From Auanema rhodensis (taxonomy: Eukaryota; Animalia; Nematoda), in the NCBI GenBank assembly GCA_964057225.1, contig OZ059899.1, positions 1,426,001 to 1,490,000 on the forward strand: DNA of 64,000 nucleotides. Reading direction: 5' to 3'. The notes below the pieces were generated by a model. That model saw only the letters and a program-made list of their open reading frames with translations. It was not told the origin of the DNA and made no database searches. The position numbers and the translations under genes are program-made. The stretch's first letter is position 1, and every line of letters starts with the position of its first letter. Shown in pieces: positions 25,962 through 38,949 of the stretch.

Positions 25962-28900
25962 GTGTGAACTTATATCAGTTGATATCTCGGTGCATTTTTA
26001 AGCTAGCGCAAATCTGATAACACAGATCGACGCAGCTTAAAAATCCGCATCGAATGCACTATACTACATTGAGAAACGCTTAATACAAAAATTAGTTATA
26101 ATCGTTTGAAAAATGATGCATTAGTGTATGTTGAGTTTCCATGTACACTCAACATTGCTTCCAAAAACATTTTGACAAAAATTTTTTCGAAAAATTTCAA
26201 AATAATTTAGCAAAAAGTAGATGTTTTTAGATTTCATTTTTCAAGGCAAAGACGATGGACAATGTTATTCAACGAAAAAATTAATTCTTCAGGGTGAAAA
26301 TCGAGGATATAAGTGTGAACTTATATCAGTTGATATCTCGGTGCATTTTTAAGCTAGCGCAAATCTGATAACACAGATCGACGCAGCTTAAAAATCCGCA
26401 TCGAATGCACTATACTACATTGAGAAACGCTTAATACAAAAATTAGTTATGATCGTTTGAAAAATGATGCATTAGTGTATGTTGAGTTTCCATGTACACT
26501 CAACATTGCTTCCAAAAACATTTTGACAAAAATTTTTTCGAAAAATTTCAAAATAATTTAGCAAAAAGTAGATGTTTTTAGATTCCATTTTTCAAGGCAA
26601 AGACGATGGACAATGTTATTCAACGAAAAAATTATTTCTTCAGGGTGAAAATCGAGGATACAAGTGTGAACTTATATCAGTTGATATCTCGGTGCATTTT
26701 TAAGCTAGCGCAAATCTGATAACACAGATCGACGCAGCTTAAAAATCCGCATCGAATGCACTATACTACATTGAGAAACGCTTAATACAAAAATTAGTTA
26801 TGATCGTTTGAAAAATGATGCATTAGTGTATGTTGAGTTTCCATGTACACTCAACATTGCTTCCAAAAACATTTTGACAAAAATTTTTTCGAAAAATTTC
26901 AAAATAATTTAGCAAAAAGTAGATGTTTTTAGATTCCATTTTTCAAGGCAAAGACGATGGACAATGTTATTCAACGAAAAAATTAATTCTTCAGGGTGAA
27001 AATCGAGGATATACGTGTGAACTTATAAAAGTTGATATCTCGGTGCATTTTTAAGCTAGCGCAAATCTGATAACACAGATCGACGCAGCTTAAAAATCCG
27101 CATCGAATGCACTATACTACATTGAGAAACGCTTGATACAAAAATTAGTTATAATCGTTTGAAAAATGATGCATTAGTGTATGTTGAGTTTCCATGTACA
27201 CTCAACATTGCTTCCAAAAACATTTTGACAAAAATTTTTTCGAAAAATTTCAAAATAATTTAGCAAAAAGTAGATTTTTTTTAGATTTCATTTTTCAAGG
27301 CAAAGACGATGGACAATGTTATTCAACGAAAAAATTAATTCTTCAGGGTGAAAATCGAGGATATAAGTGTGAACTTATATCAGTTGATATCTCGGTGCAT
27401 TTTTAAGCTAGCGCAAATCTGATAACACAGATCGACGCAGCTTAAAAATCCGCATCGAATGCACTATACTACATTGAGAAACGCTTAATACAAAAATTAG
27501 TTATGATCGTTTGAAAAATGATGCATTAGTGTATGTTGAGTTTCCATGTACACTCAACATTGCTTCCAAAAACATTTTGACAAAAATTTTTTCGAAAAAT
27601 TTCAAAATAATTTAGCAAAAAGTAGATGTTTTTAGATTCCATTTTTCAAGGCAAAGACGATGGACAATGTTATTCAACGAAAAAATTAATTCTTCAGGGT
27701 GAAAATCGAGGATATAAGTGTGAACTTATAAAAGTTGATATCTCGGTGCATTTTTAAGCTAGCGCAAATCTGATAACACAGATCGACGCAGCTTAAAAAT
27801 CCGCATCGAATGCACTATACTACATTGAGAAACGCTTGATACAAAAATTAGTTATAATCGTTTGAAAAATGATGCATTAGTGTATGTTGAGTTTCCATGT
27901 ACACTCAACATTGCTTCCAAAAACATTTTGACAAAAATTTTTTCGAAAAATTTCAAAATAATTTAGCAAAAAGTAGATGTTTTTAGATTTCATTTTTCAA
28001 GGCAAAGACGATGGACAATGTTATTCAACGAAAAAATTAATTCTTCAGGGTGAAAATCGAGGATATAAGTGTGAACTTATATCAGTTGATATCTCGGTGC
28101 ATTTTTAAGCTAGCGCAAATCTGATAACACAGATCGACGCAGCTTAAAAATCCGCATCGAATGCACTATACTACATTGAGAAACGCTTAATACAAAAATT
28201 AGTTATGATCGTTTGAAAAATGATGCATTAGTGTATGTTGAGTTTCCATGTACACTCAACATTGCTTCCAAAAACATTTTGACAAAAATTTTTTCGAAAA
28301 ATTTCAAAATAATTTAGCAAAAAGTAGATGTTTTTAGATTCCATTTTTCAAGGCAAAGACGATGGACAATGTTATTCAACGAAAAAATTATTTCTTCAGG
28401 GTGAAAATCGAGGATATAAGTGTGAACTTATATCAGTTGATATCTCGGTGCATTTTTAAGCTAGCGCAAATCTGATAACACAGATCGACGCAGCTTAAAA
28501 ATCCGCATCGAATGCACTATACTACATTGAGAAACGCTTAATACAAAAATTAGTTATAATCGTTTGAAAAATGATGCATTAGTGTATGTTGAGTTTCCAT
28601 GTACACTCAACATTGCTTCCAAAAACATTTTGACAAAAATTTTTTCGAAAAATTTCAAAATAATTTAGCAAAAAGTAGATGTTTTTAGATTTCATTTTTC
28701 AAGGCAAAGACGATGGACAATGTTATTCAACGAAAAAATTAATTCTTCAGGGTGAAAATCGAGGATATAAGTGTGAACTTATATCAGTTGATATCTCGGT
28801 GCATTTTTAAGCTAGCGCAAATCTGATAACACAGATCGACGCAGCTTAAAAATCCGCATCGAATGCACTATACTACATTGAGAAACGCTTAATACAAAAA

Positions 28901-30877
28901 TTAGTTATGATCGTTTGAAAAATGATGCATTAGTGTATGTTGAGTTTCCATGTACACTCAACATTGCTTCCAAAAACATTTTGACAAAAATTTTTTCGAA
29001 AAATTTCAAAATAATTTAGCAAAAAGTAGATGTTTTTAGATTCCATTTTTCAAGGCAAAGACGATGGACAATGTTATTCAACGAAAAAATTATTTCTTCA
29101 GGGTGAAAATCGAGGATATAAGTGTGAACTTATATCAGTTGATATCTCGGTGCATTTTTAAGCTAGCGCAAATCTGATAACACAGATCGACGCAGCTTAA
29201 AAATCCGCATCGAATGCACTATACTACATTGAGAAACGCTTAATACAAAAATTAGTTATAATCGTTTGAAAAATGATGCATTAGTGTATGTTGAGTTTCC
29301 ATGTACACTCAACATTGCTTCCAAAAACATTTTGACAAAAATTTTTTCGAAAAATTTCAAAATAATTTAGCAAAAAGTAGATGTTTTTAGATTTCATTTT
29401 TCAAGGCAAAGACGATGGACAATGTTATTCAACGAAAAAATTAATTCTTCAGGGTGAAAATCGAGGATATAAGTGTGAACTTATATCAGTTGATATCTCG
29501 GTGCATTTTTAAGCTAGCGCAAATCTGATAACACAGATCGACGCAGCTTAAAAATCCGCATCGAATGCACTATACTACATTGAGAAACGCTTAATACAAA
29601 AATTAGTTATGATCGTTTGAAAAATGATGCATTAGTGTATGTTGAGTTTCCATGTACACTCAACATTGCTTCCAAAAACATTTTGACAAAAATTTTTTCG
29701 AAAAATTTCAAAATAATTTAGCAAAAAGTAGATGTTTTTAGATTCCATTTTTCAAGGCAAAGACGATGGACAATGTTATTCAACGAAAAAATTATTTCTT
29801 CAGGGTGAAAATCTAGGATACAAGTGTGAACTTATATCAGTTGATATCTCGGTGCATTTTTAAGCTAGCGCAAATCTGATAACACAGATCGACGCAGCTT
29901 AAAAATCCGCATCGAATGCACTATACTACATTGAGAAACGCTTAATACAAAAATTAGTTATGATCGTTTGAAAAATGATGCATTAGTGTATGTTGAGTTT
30001 CCATGTACACTCAACATTGCTTCCAAAAACATTTTGACAAAAATTTTTTCGTAAAATTTCAAAATAATTTAGCAAAAAGTAGATGTTTTTAGATTCCATT
30101 TTTCAAGGCAAAGACGATGGACAATGTTATTCAACGAAAAAATTAATTCTTCAGGGTGAAAATCGAGGATATACGTGTGAACTTATAAAAGTTGATATCT
30201 CGGTGCATTTTTAAGCTAGCGCAAATCTGATAACACAGATCGACGCAGCTTAAAAATCCGCATCGAATGCACTATACTACATTGAGAAACGCTTGATACA
30301 AAAATTAGTTATAATCGTTTGAAAAATGATGCATTAGTGTATGTTGAGTTTCCATGTACACTCAACATTGCTTCCAAAAACATTTTGACAAAAATTTTTT
30401 CGAAAAATTTCAAAATAATTTAGCAAAAAGTAGATTTTTTTTAGATTTCATTTTTCAAGGCAAAGACGATGGACAATGTTATTCAACGAAAAAATTAATT
30501 CTTCAGGGTGAAAATCGAGGATATAAGTGTGAACTTATATCAGTTGATATCTCGGTGCATTTTTAAGCTAGCGCAAATCTGATAACACAGATCGACGCAG
30601 CTTAAAAATCCGCATCGAATGCACTATACTACATTGAGAAACGCTTAATACAAAAATTAGTTATGATCGTTTGAAAAATGATGCATTAGTGTATGTTGAG
30701 TTTCCATGTACACTCAACATTGCTTCCAAAAACATTTTGACAAAAATTTTTTCGAAAAATTTCAAAATAATTTAGCAAAAAGTAGATGTTTTTAGATTCC
30801 ATTTTTCAAGGCAAAGACGATGGACAATGTTATTCAACGAAAAAATTATTTCTTCAGGGTGAAAATCGAGGATATAA
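25962..30877 (+). repeat. ~5-monomer block repeated at 9-monomer spacing (3160 bp), containing the only two 352-bp monomers
   Basis: GATACAAG at 26661/29821, ATACGTG at 27014/30174, and the T8 insertion allele at ~27275/30435, all 3160 bp apart. Confidence 0.88.
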
Positions 30878-33800
30878 GTGTGAACTTATATCAGTTGATA
30901 TCTCGGTGCATTTTTAAGCTAGCGGAAATCTGATAACACAGATCGACGCAGCTTAAAAATCCGCATCGAATGCACTATACTACATTGAGAAACGCTCGAT
31001 ACAAAAATTAGTTATAATCGTTTGAAAAATGATGCATTAGTGTATGTTGAGTTTCCATGTACACTCAACATTGCTTCCAAAAACATTTTGACAAAAATTT
31101 TTTCGAAAAATTTCAAAATAATTCAGCAAAAAGTAGATGTTTTTAGATTTCATTTTTCAAGGCAAAGACGATGGACAATGTTATTCAACGAAAAAATTAA
31201 TTCTTCAGGGTGAAAATTGAGGATATAAGTGTGAACTTATAAAAGTTGATATCTCGGTGCATTTTTAAGCTAGCGCAAATCTGATAACACAGATCGACGC
31301 AGCTCAAAAATCCGCATCGAATGCACTATACTACATTGAGAAACGCTTGATACAAAAATTAGTTATAATCATTTGAAAAATGATGCATTAGTGTATGTTA
31401 AGTTTCCATGTACACTCAACATTGCTTCCAAAAACATTTTGACAAAAATTTTTTCGAAAAATTTCAAAATAATTTGCAAAAAGTAGATGTTTTTAGATTT
31501 CATTTTTCAAGGCAAAGACGATGGACAATGTTATTCAACGAAAAAATTAATTCTTCAGGGTGAAAATCGAGGATATAAGTGTGAACTTATAAAAGTTGAT
31601 ATCTCGGTGCATTTTTAAGCTAGCGCAAATCTGATAACACAGATCGACGCAGCTTAAAAATCCGCATCGAATGCACTATACTACATTGAGAAACGCTTGA
31701 TACAAAAATTAGTTATAATCGTTTGAAAAATGATGCATTAGTGTATGTTGAGTTTCCATGTACACTCAACATTGCTTCCAAAAACATTTTGACAAAAATT
31801 TTTTCGAAAAATTTCAAAATAATTTAGCAAAAAGTAGATGTTTTTAGATTTCATTTTTCAAGGCAAAGACGATGGACAATGTTATTCAACGAAAAAATTA
31901 ATTCTTCAGGGTGAAAATCGAGGATATAAGTGTGAACTTATATCAGTTGATATCTCGGTGCATTTTTAAGCTAGCGCAAATCTGATAACACAGATCGACG
32001 CAGCTTAAAAATCCGCATCGAATGCACTATACTACATTGAGAAACGCTTAATACAAAAATTAGTTATGATCGTTTGAAAAATGATGCATTAGTGTATGTT
32101 GAGTTTCCATGTACACTCAACATTGCTTCCAAAAACATTTTGACAAAAATTTTTTCGAAAAATTTCAAAATAATTTAGCAAAAAGTAGATGTTTTTAGAT
32201 TCCATTTTTCAAGGCAAAGACGATGGACAATGTTATTCAACGAAAAAATTATTTCTTCAGGGTGAAAATCGAGGATATAAGTGTGAACTTATATCAGTTG
32301 ATATCTCGGTGCATTTTTAAGCTAGCGCAAATCTGATAACACAGATCGACGCAGCTTAAAAATCCGCATCGAATGCACTATACTACATTGAGAAACGCTT
32401 AATACAAAAATTAGTTATGATCGTTTGAAAAATGATGCATTAGTGTATGTTGAGTTTCCATGTACACTCAACATTGCTTCCAAAAACATTTTGACAAAAA
32501 TTTTTTCGAAAAATTTCAAAATAATTTAGCAAAAAGTAGATGTTTTTAGATTTCATTTTTCAAGGCAAAGACGATGGACAATGTTATTCAACGAAAAAAT
32601 TAATTCTTCAGGGTGAAAATCGAGGATATAAGTGTGAACTTATATCAGTTGATATCTCGGTGCATTTTTAAGCTAGCGCAAATCTGATAACACAGATCGA
32701 CGCAGCTCAAAAATCCGCATCGAATGCACTATACTACATTGAGAAACGCTTAATACAAAAATTAGTTATGATCGTTTGAAAAATGATGCATTAGTGTATG
32801 TTGAGTTTCCATGTACACTCAACATTGCTTCCAAAAACATTTTGACAAAAATTTTTTCGAAAAATTTCAAAATAATTTAGCAAAAAGTAGATGTTTTTAG
32901 ATTCCATTTTTCAAGGCAAAGACGATGGACAATGTTATTCAACGAAAAAATTATTTCTTCAGGGTGAAAATCGAGGATATAAGTGTGAACTTATATCAGT
33001 TGATATCTCGGTGCATTTTTAAGCTAGCGCAAATCTGATAACACAGATCGACGCAGCTTAAAAATCCGCATCGAATGCACTATACTACATTGAGAAACGC
33101 TTAATACAAAAATTAGTTATAATCGTTTGAAAAATGATGCATTAGTGTATGTTGAGTTTCCATGTACACTCAACATTGCTTCCAAAAACATTTTGACAAA
33201 AATTTTTTCGAAAAATTTCAAAATAATTTAGCAAAAAGTAGATGTTTTTAGATTTCATTTTTCAAGGCAAAGACGATGGACAATGTTATTCAACGAAAAA
33301 ATTAATTCTTCAGGGTGAAAATCGAGGATATAAGTGTGAACTTATAAAAGTTGATATCTCGGTGCATTTTTAAGCTAGCGCAAATCTGATAACACAGATC
33401 GACGCAGCTTAAAAATCCGCATCGAATGCACTATACTACATTGAGAAACGCTTGATACAAAAATTAGTTATAATCGTTTGAAAAATGATGCATTAGTGTA
33501 TGTTGAGTTTCCATGTACACTCAACATTGCTTCCAAAAACATTTTGACAAAAATTTTTTCGAAAAATTTCAAAATAATTTAGCAAAAAGTAGATGTTTTT
33601 AGATTTCATTTTTCAAGGCAAAGACGATGGACAATGTTATTCAACGAAAAAATTAATTCTTCAGGGTGAAAATCGAGGATATAAGTGTGAACTTATATCA
33701 GTTGATATCTCGGTGCATTTTTAAGCTAGCGCAAATCTGATAACACAGATCGACGCAGCTTAAAAATCCGCATCGAATGCACTATACTACATTGAGAAAC

Positions 33801-36800
33801 GCTTAATACAAAAATTAGTTATGATCGTTTGAAAAATGATGCATTAGTGTATGTTGAGTTTCCATGTACACTCAACATTGCTTCCAAAAACATTTTGACA
33901 AAAATTTTTTCGAAAAATTTCAAAATAATTTAGCAAAAAGTAGATGTTTTTAGATTCCATTTTTCAAGGCAAAGACGATGGACAATGTTATTCAACGAAA
34001 AAATTATTTCTTCAGGGTGAAAATCGAGGATATAAGTGTGAACTTATATCAGTTGATATCTCGGTGCATTTTTAAGCTAGCGCAAATCTGATAACACAGA
34101 TCGACGCAGCTTAAAAATCCGCATCGAATGCACTATACTACATTGAGAAACGCTTAATACAAAAATTAGTTATAATCGTTTGAAAAATGATGCATTAGTG
34201 TATGTTGAGTTTCCATGTACACTCAACATTGCTTCCAAAAACATTTTGACAAAAATTTTTTCGAAAAATTTCAAAATAATTTAGCAAAAAGTAGATGTTT
34301 TTAGATTACATTTTTCAAGGCAAAGACGATGGACAATGTTATTCAACGAAAAAATTAATTCTTCAGGGTGAAAATCGAGGATATAAGTGTGAACTTATAT
34401 CAGTTGATATCTCGGTGCATTTTTAAGCTAGCGCAAATCTGATAACACAGATCGACGCAGCTTAAAAATCCGCATCGAATGCACTATACTACATTGAGAA
34501 ACGCTTAATACAAAAATTAGTTATGATCGTTTGAAAAATGATGCATTAGTGTATGTTGAGTTTCCATGTACACTCAACATTGCTTCCAAAAACATTTTGA
34601 CAAAAATTTTTTCGAAAAATTTCAAAATAATTTAGCAAAAAGTAGATGTTTTTAGATTCCATTTTTCAAGGCAAAGACGATGGACAATGTTATTCAACGA
34701 AAAAATTATTTCTTCAGGGTGAAAATCGAGGATATAAGTGTGAACTTATATCAGTTGATATCTCGGTGCATTTTTAAGCTAGCGCAAATCTGATAACACA
34801 GATCGACGCAGCTTAAAAATCCGCATCGAATGCACTATACTACATTGAGAAACGCTTAATACAAAAATTAGTTATAATCGTTTGAAAAATGATGCATTAG
34901 TGTATGTTGAGTTTCCATGTACACTCAACATTGCTTCCAAAAACATTTTGACAAAAATTTTTTCGAAAAATTTCAAAATAATTTAGCAAAAAGTAGATGT
35001 TTTTAGATTTCATTTTTCAAGGCAAAGACGATGGACAATGTTATTCAACGAAAAAATTAATTCTTCAGGGTGAAAATCGAGGATATAAGTGTGAACTTAT
35101 ATCAGTTGATATCTCGGTGCATTTTTAAGCTAGCGCAAATCTGATAACACAGATCGACGCAGCTTAAAAATCCGCATCGAATGCACTATACTACATTGAG
35201 AAACGCTTAATACAAAAATTAGTTATGATCGTTTGAAAAATGATGCATTAGTGTATGTTGAGTTTCCATGTACACTCAACATTGCTTCCAAAAACATTTT
35301 GACAAAAATTTTTTCGAAAAATTTCAAAATAATTTAGCAAAAAGTAGATGTTTTTAGATTCCATTTTTCAAGGCAAAGACGATGGACAATGTTATTCAAC
35401 GAAAAAATTATTTCTTCAGGGTGAAAATCGAGGATATAAGTGTGAACTTATATCAGTTGATATCTCGGTGCATTTTTAAGCTAGCGCAAATCTGATAACA
35501 CAGATCGACGCAGCTTAAAAATCCGCATCGAATGCACTATACTACATTGAGAAACGCTTAATACAAAAATTAGTTATGATCGTTTGAAAAATGATGCATT
35601 AGTGTATGTTGAGTTTCCATGTACACTCAACATTGCTTCCAAAAACATTTTGACAAAAATTTTTTCGAAAAATTTCAAAATAATTTAGCAAAAAGTAGAT
35701 GTTTTTAGATTCCATTTTTCAAGGCAAAGACGATGGACAATGTTATTCAACGAAAAAATTAATTCTTCAGGGTGAAAATCGAGGATATAAGTGTGAACTT
35801 ATAAAAGTTGATATCTCGGTGCATTTTTAAGCTAGCGCAAATCTGATAACACAGATCGACGCAGCTTAAAAATCCGCATCGAATGCACTATACTACATTG
35901 AGAAACGCTTAATACAAAAATTAGTTATAATCGTTTGAAAAATGATGCATTAGTGTATGTTGAGTTTCCATGTACACTCAACATTGCTTCCAAAAACATT
36001 TTGACAAAAATTTTTTCGAAAAATTTCAAAATAATTTAGCAAAAAGTAGATGTTTTTAGATTCCATTTTTCAAGGCAAAGACGATGGACAATGTTATTCA
36101 ACGAAAAAATTATTTCTTCAGGGTGAAAATCGAGGATATAAGTGTGAACTTATATCAGTTGATATCTCGGTGCATTTTTAAGCTAGCGCAAATCTGATAA
36201 CACAGATCGACGCAGCTTAAAAATCCGCATCGAATGCACTATACTACATTGAGAAACGCTTAATACAAAAATTAGTTATAATCGTTTGAAAAATGATGCA
36301 TTAGTGTATGTTGAGTTTCCATGTACACTCAACATTGCTTCCAAAAACATTTTGACAAAAATTTTTTCGAAAAATTTCAAAATAATTTAGCAAAAAGTAG
36401 ATGTTTTTAGATTTCATTTTTCAAGGCAAAGACGATGGACAATGTTATTCAACGAAAAAATTAATTCTTCAGGGTGAAAATCGAGGATATAAGTGTGAAC
36501 TTATATCAGTTGATATCTCGGTGCATTTTTAAGCTAGCGCAAATCTGATAACACAGATCGACGCAGCTTAAAAATCCGCATCGAATGCACTATACTACAT
36601 TGAGAAACGCTTAATACAAAAATTAGTTATGATCGTTTGAAAAATGATGCATTAGTGTATGTTGAGTTTCCATGTACACTCAACATTGCTTCCAAAAACA
36701 TTTTGACAAAAATTTTTTCGAAAAATTTCAAAATAATTTAGCAAAAAGTAGATGTTTTTAGATTCCATTTTTCAAGGCAAAGACGATGGACAATGTTATT

Positions 36801-38949
36801 CAACGAAAAAATTATTTCTTCAGGGTGAAAATCGAGGATATAAGTGTGAACTTATATCAGTTGATATCTCGGTGCATTTTTAAGCTAGCGCAAATCTGAT
36901 AACACAGATCGACGCAGCTTAAAAATCCGCATCGAATGCACTATACTACATTGAGAAACGCTTAATACAAAAATTAGTTATGATCGTTTGAAAAATGATG
37001 CATTAGTGTATGTTGAGTTTCCATGTACACTCAACATTGCTTCCAAAAACATTTTGACAAAAATTTTTTCGAAAAATTTCAAAATAATTTAGCAAAAAGT
37101 AGATGTTTTTAGATTCCATTTTTCAAGGCAAAGACGATGGACAATGTTATTCAACGAAAAAATTAATTCTTCAGGGTGAAAATCGAGGATATAAGTGTGA
37201 ACTTATAAAAGTTGATATCTCGGTGCATTTTTAAGCTAGCGCAAATCTGATAACACAGATCGACGCAGCTTAAAAATCCGCATCGAATGCACTATACTAC
37301 ATTGAGAAACGCTTAATACAAAAATTAGTTATAATCGTTTGAAAAATGATGCATTAGTGTATGTTGAGTTTCCATGTACACTCAACATTGCTTCCAAAAA
37401 CATTTTGACAAAAATTTTTTCGAAAAATTTCAAAATAATTTAGCAAAAAGTAGATGTTTTTAGATTCCATTTTTCAAGGCAAAGACGATGGACAATGTTA
37501 TTCAACGAAAAAATTAATTCTTCAGGGTGAAAATCGAGGATATAAGTGTGAACTTATAAAAGTTGATATCTCGGTGCATTTTTAAGCTAGCGCAAATCTG
37601 ATAACACAGATCGACGCAGCTTAAAAATCCGCATCGAATGCACTATACTACATTGAGAAACGCTTGATACAAAAATTAGTTATAATCGTTTGAAAAATGA
37701 TGCATTAGTGTATGTTGAGTTTCCATGTACACTCAACATTGCTTCCAAAAACATTTTGACAAAAATTTTTTCGAAAAATTTCAAAATAATTTAGCAAAAA
37801 GTAGATGTTTTTAGATTTCATTTTTCAAGGCAAAGACGATGGACAATGTTATTCAACGAAAAAATTAATTCTTCAGGGTGAAAATCGAGGATATAAGTGT
37901 GAACTTATATCAGTTGATATCTCGGTGCATTTTTAAGCTAGCGCAAATCTGATAACACAGATCGACGCAGCTTAAAAATCCGCATCGAATGCACTATACT
38001 ACATTGAGAAACGCTTAATACAAAAATTAGTTATGATCGTTTGAAAAATGATGCATTAGTGTATGTTGAGTTTCCATGTACACTCAACATTGCTTCCAAA
38101 AACATTTTGACAAAAATTTTTTCGAAAAATTTCAAAATAATTTAGCAAAAAGTAGATGTTTTTAGATTCCGTTTTTCAAGGCAAAGACGATGGACAATGT
38201 TATTCAACGAAAAAAATAATTCTTCAGGGTGAAAATCGAGGATATAAGTGTGAACTTATATCAGTTGATATCTCGGTGCATTTTTAAGCTAGCGCAAATC
38301 TGATAACACAGATCGACGCAGCTTAAAAATCCGCATCGAATGCACTATACTACATTGAGAAACGCTTAATACAAAAATTAGTTATGATCGTTTGAAAAAT
38401 GATGCATTAGTGTATGTTGAGTTTCCATGTACACTCAACATTGCTTCCAAAAACATTTTGACAAAAATTTTTTCGAAAAATTTCAAAATAATTTAGCAAA
38501 AAGTAGATGTTTTTAGATTCCTTTTTTCAAGGCAAAGACGATGGACAATGTTATTCAACGAAAAAATTAATTCTTCAGGGTGAAAATCGAGGATTTAAGT
38601 GTGAACTCATATCAGTTGATATCTCGGTGCATTTTTAAGCTAGCGCAAATCTGATAACACAGATCGACGCAGCTCAACAATCCGCATCGAATGCACTATA
38701 CTACATTGAGAAACGCTTAATAATAAAATTAGTTATGATCGTTTGAAAAACAATGCATTAGTGTATGTTGAGTTTCCATGTACACTCAACATTGCTTCCA
38801 AAAACATTTTGACAAAAATTTTTTCGAAAAATTTCAAAATAATTTAGCAAAAAGTAGATGTTTTTAGATTCCTTTTTTCAAGGCAAAGACGATGGACAAT
38901 GTTATTCAACGAAAAAATTAATTCTTCAGGGTGAAAATCGAGGATATAT

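Noticed and set aside
27194-30566. Two 70-aa ORFs MYTQHCFQ...
   Set aside because: Created by the +1 T homopolymer insertion joining two frames of the satellite.
496-31213. Repeated 63-aa ORF MKNDALVYVEF... (23 copies in the track)
   Set aside because: It starts at TTG and exists only where a TAG>CAG variant removes a stop; most monomers have the stop. There is no recognisable domain. It is a by-product of the repeat, not a tandem gene family.
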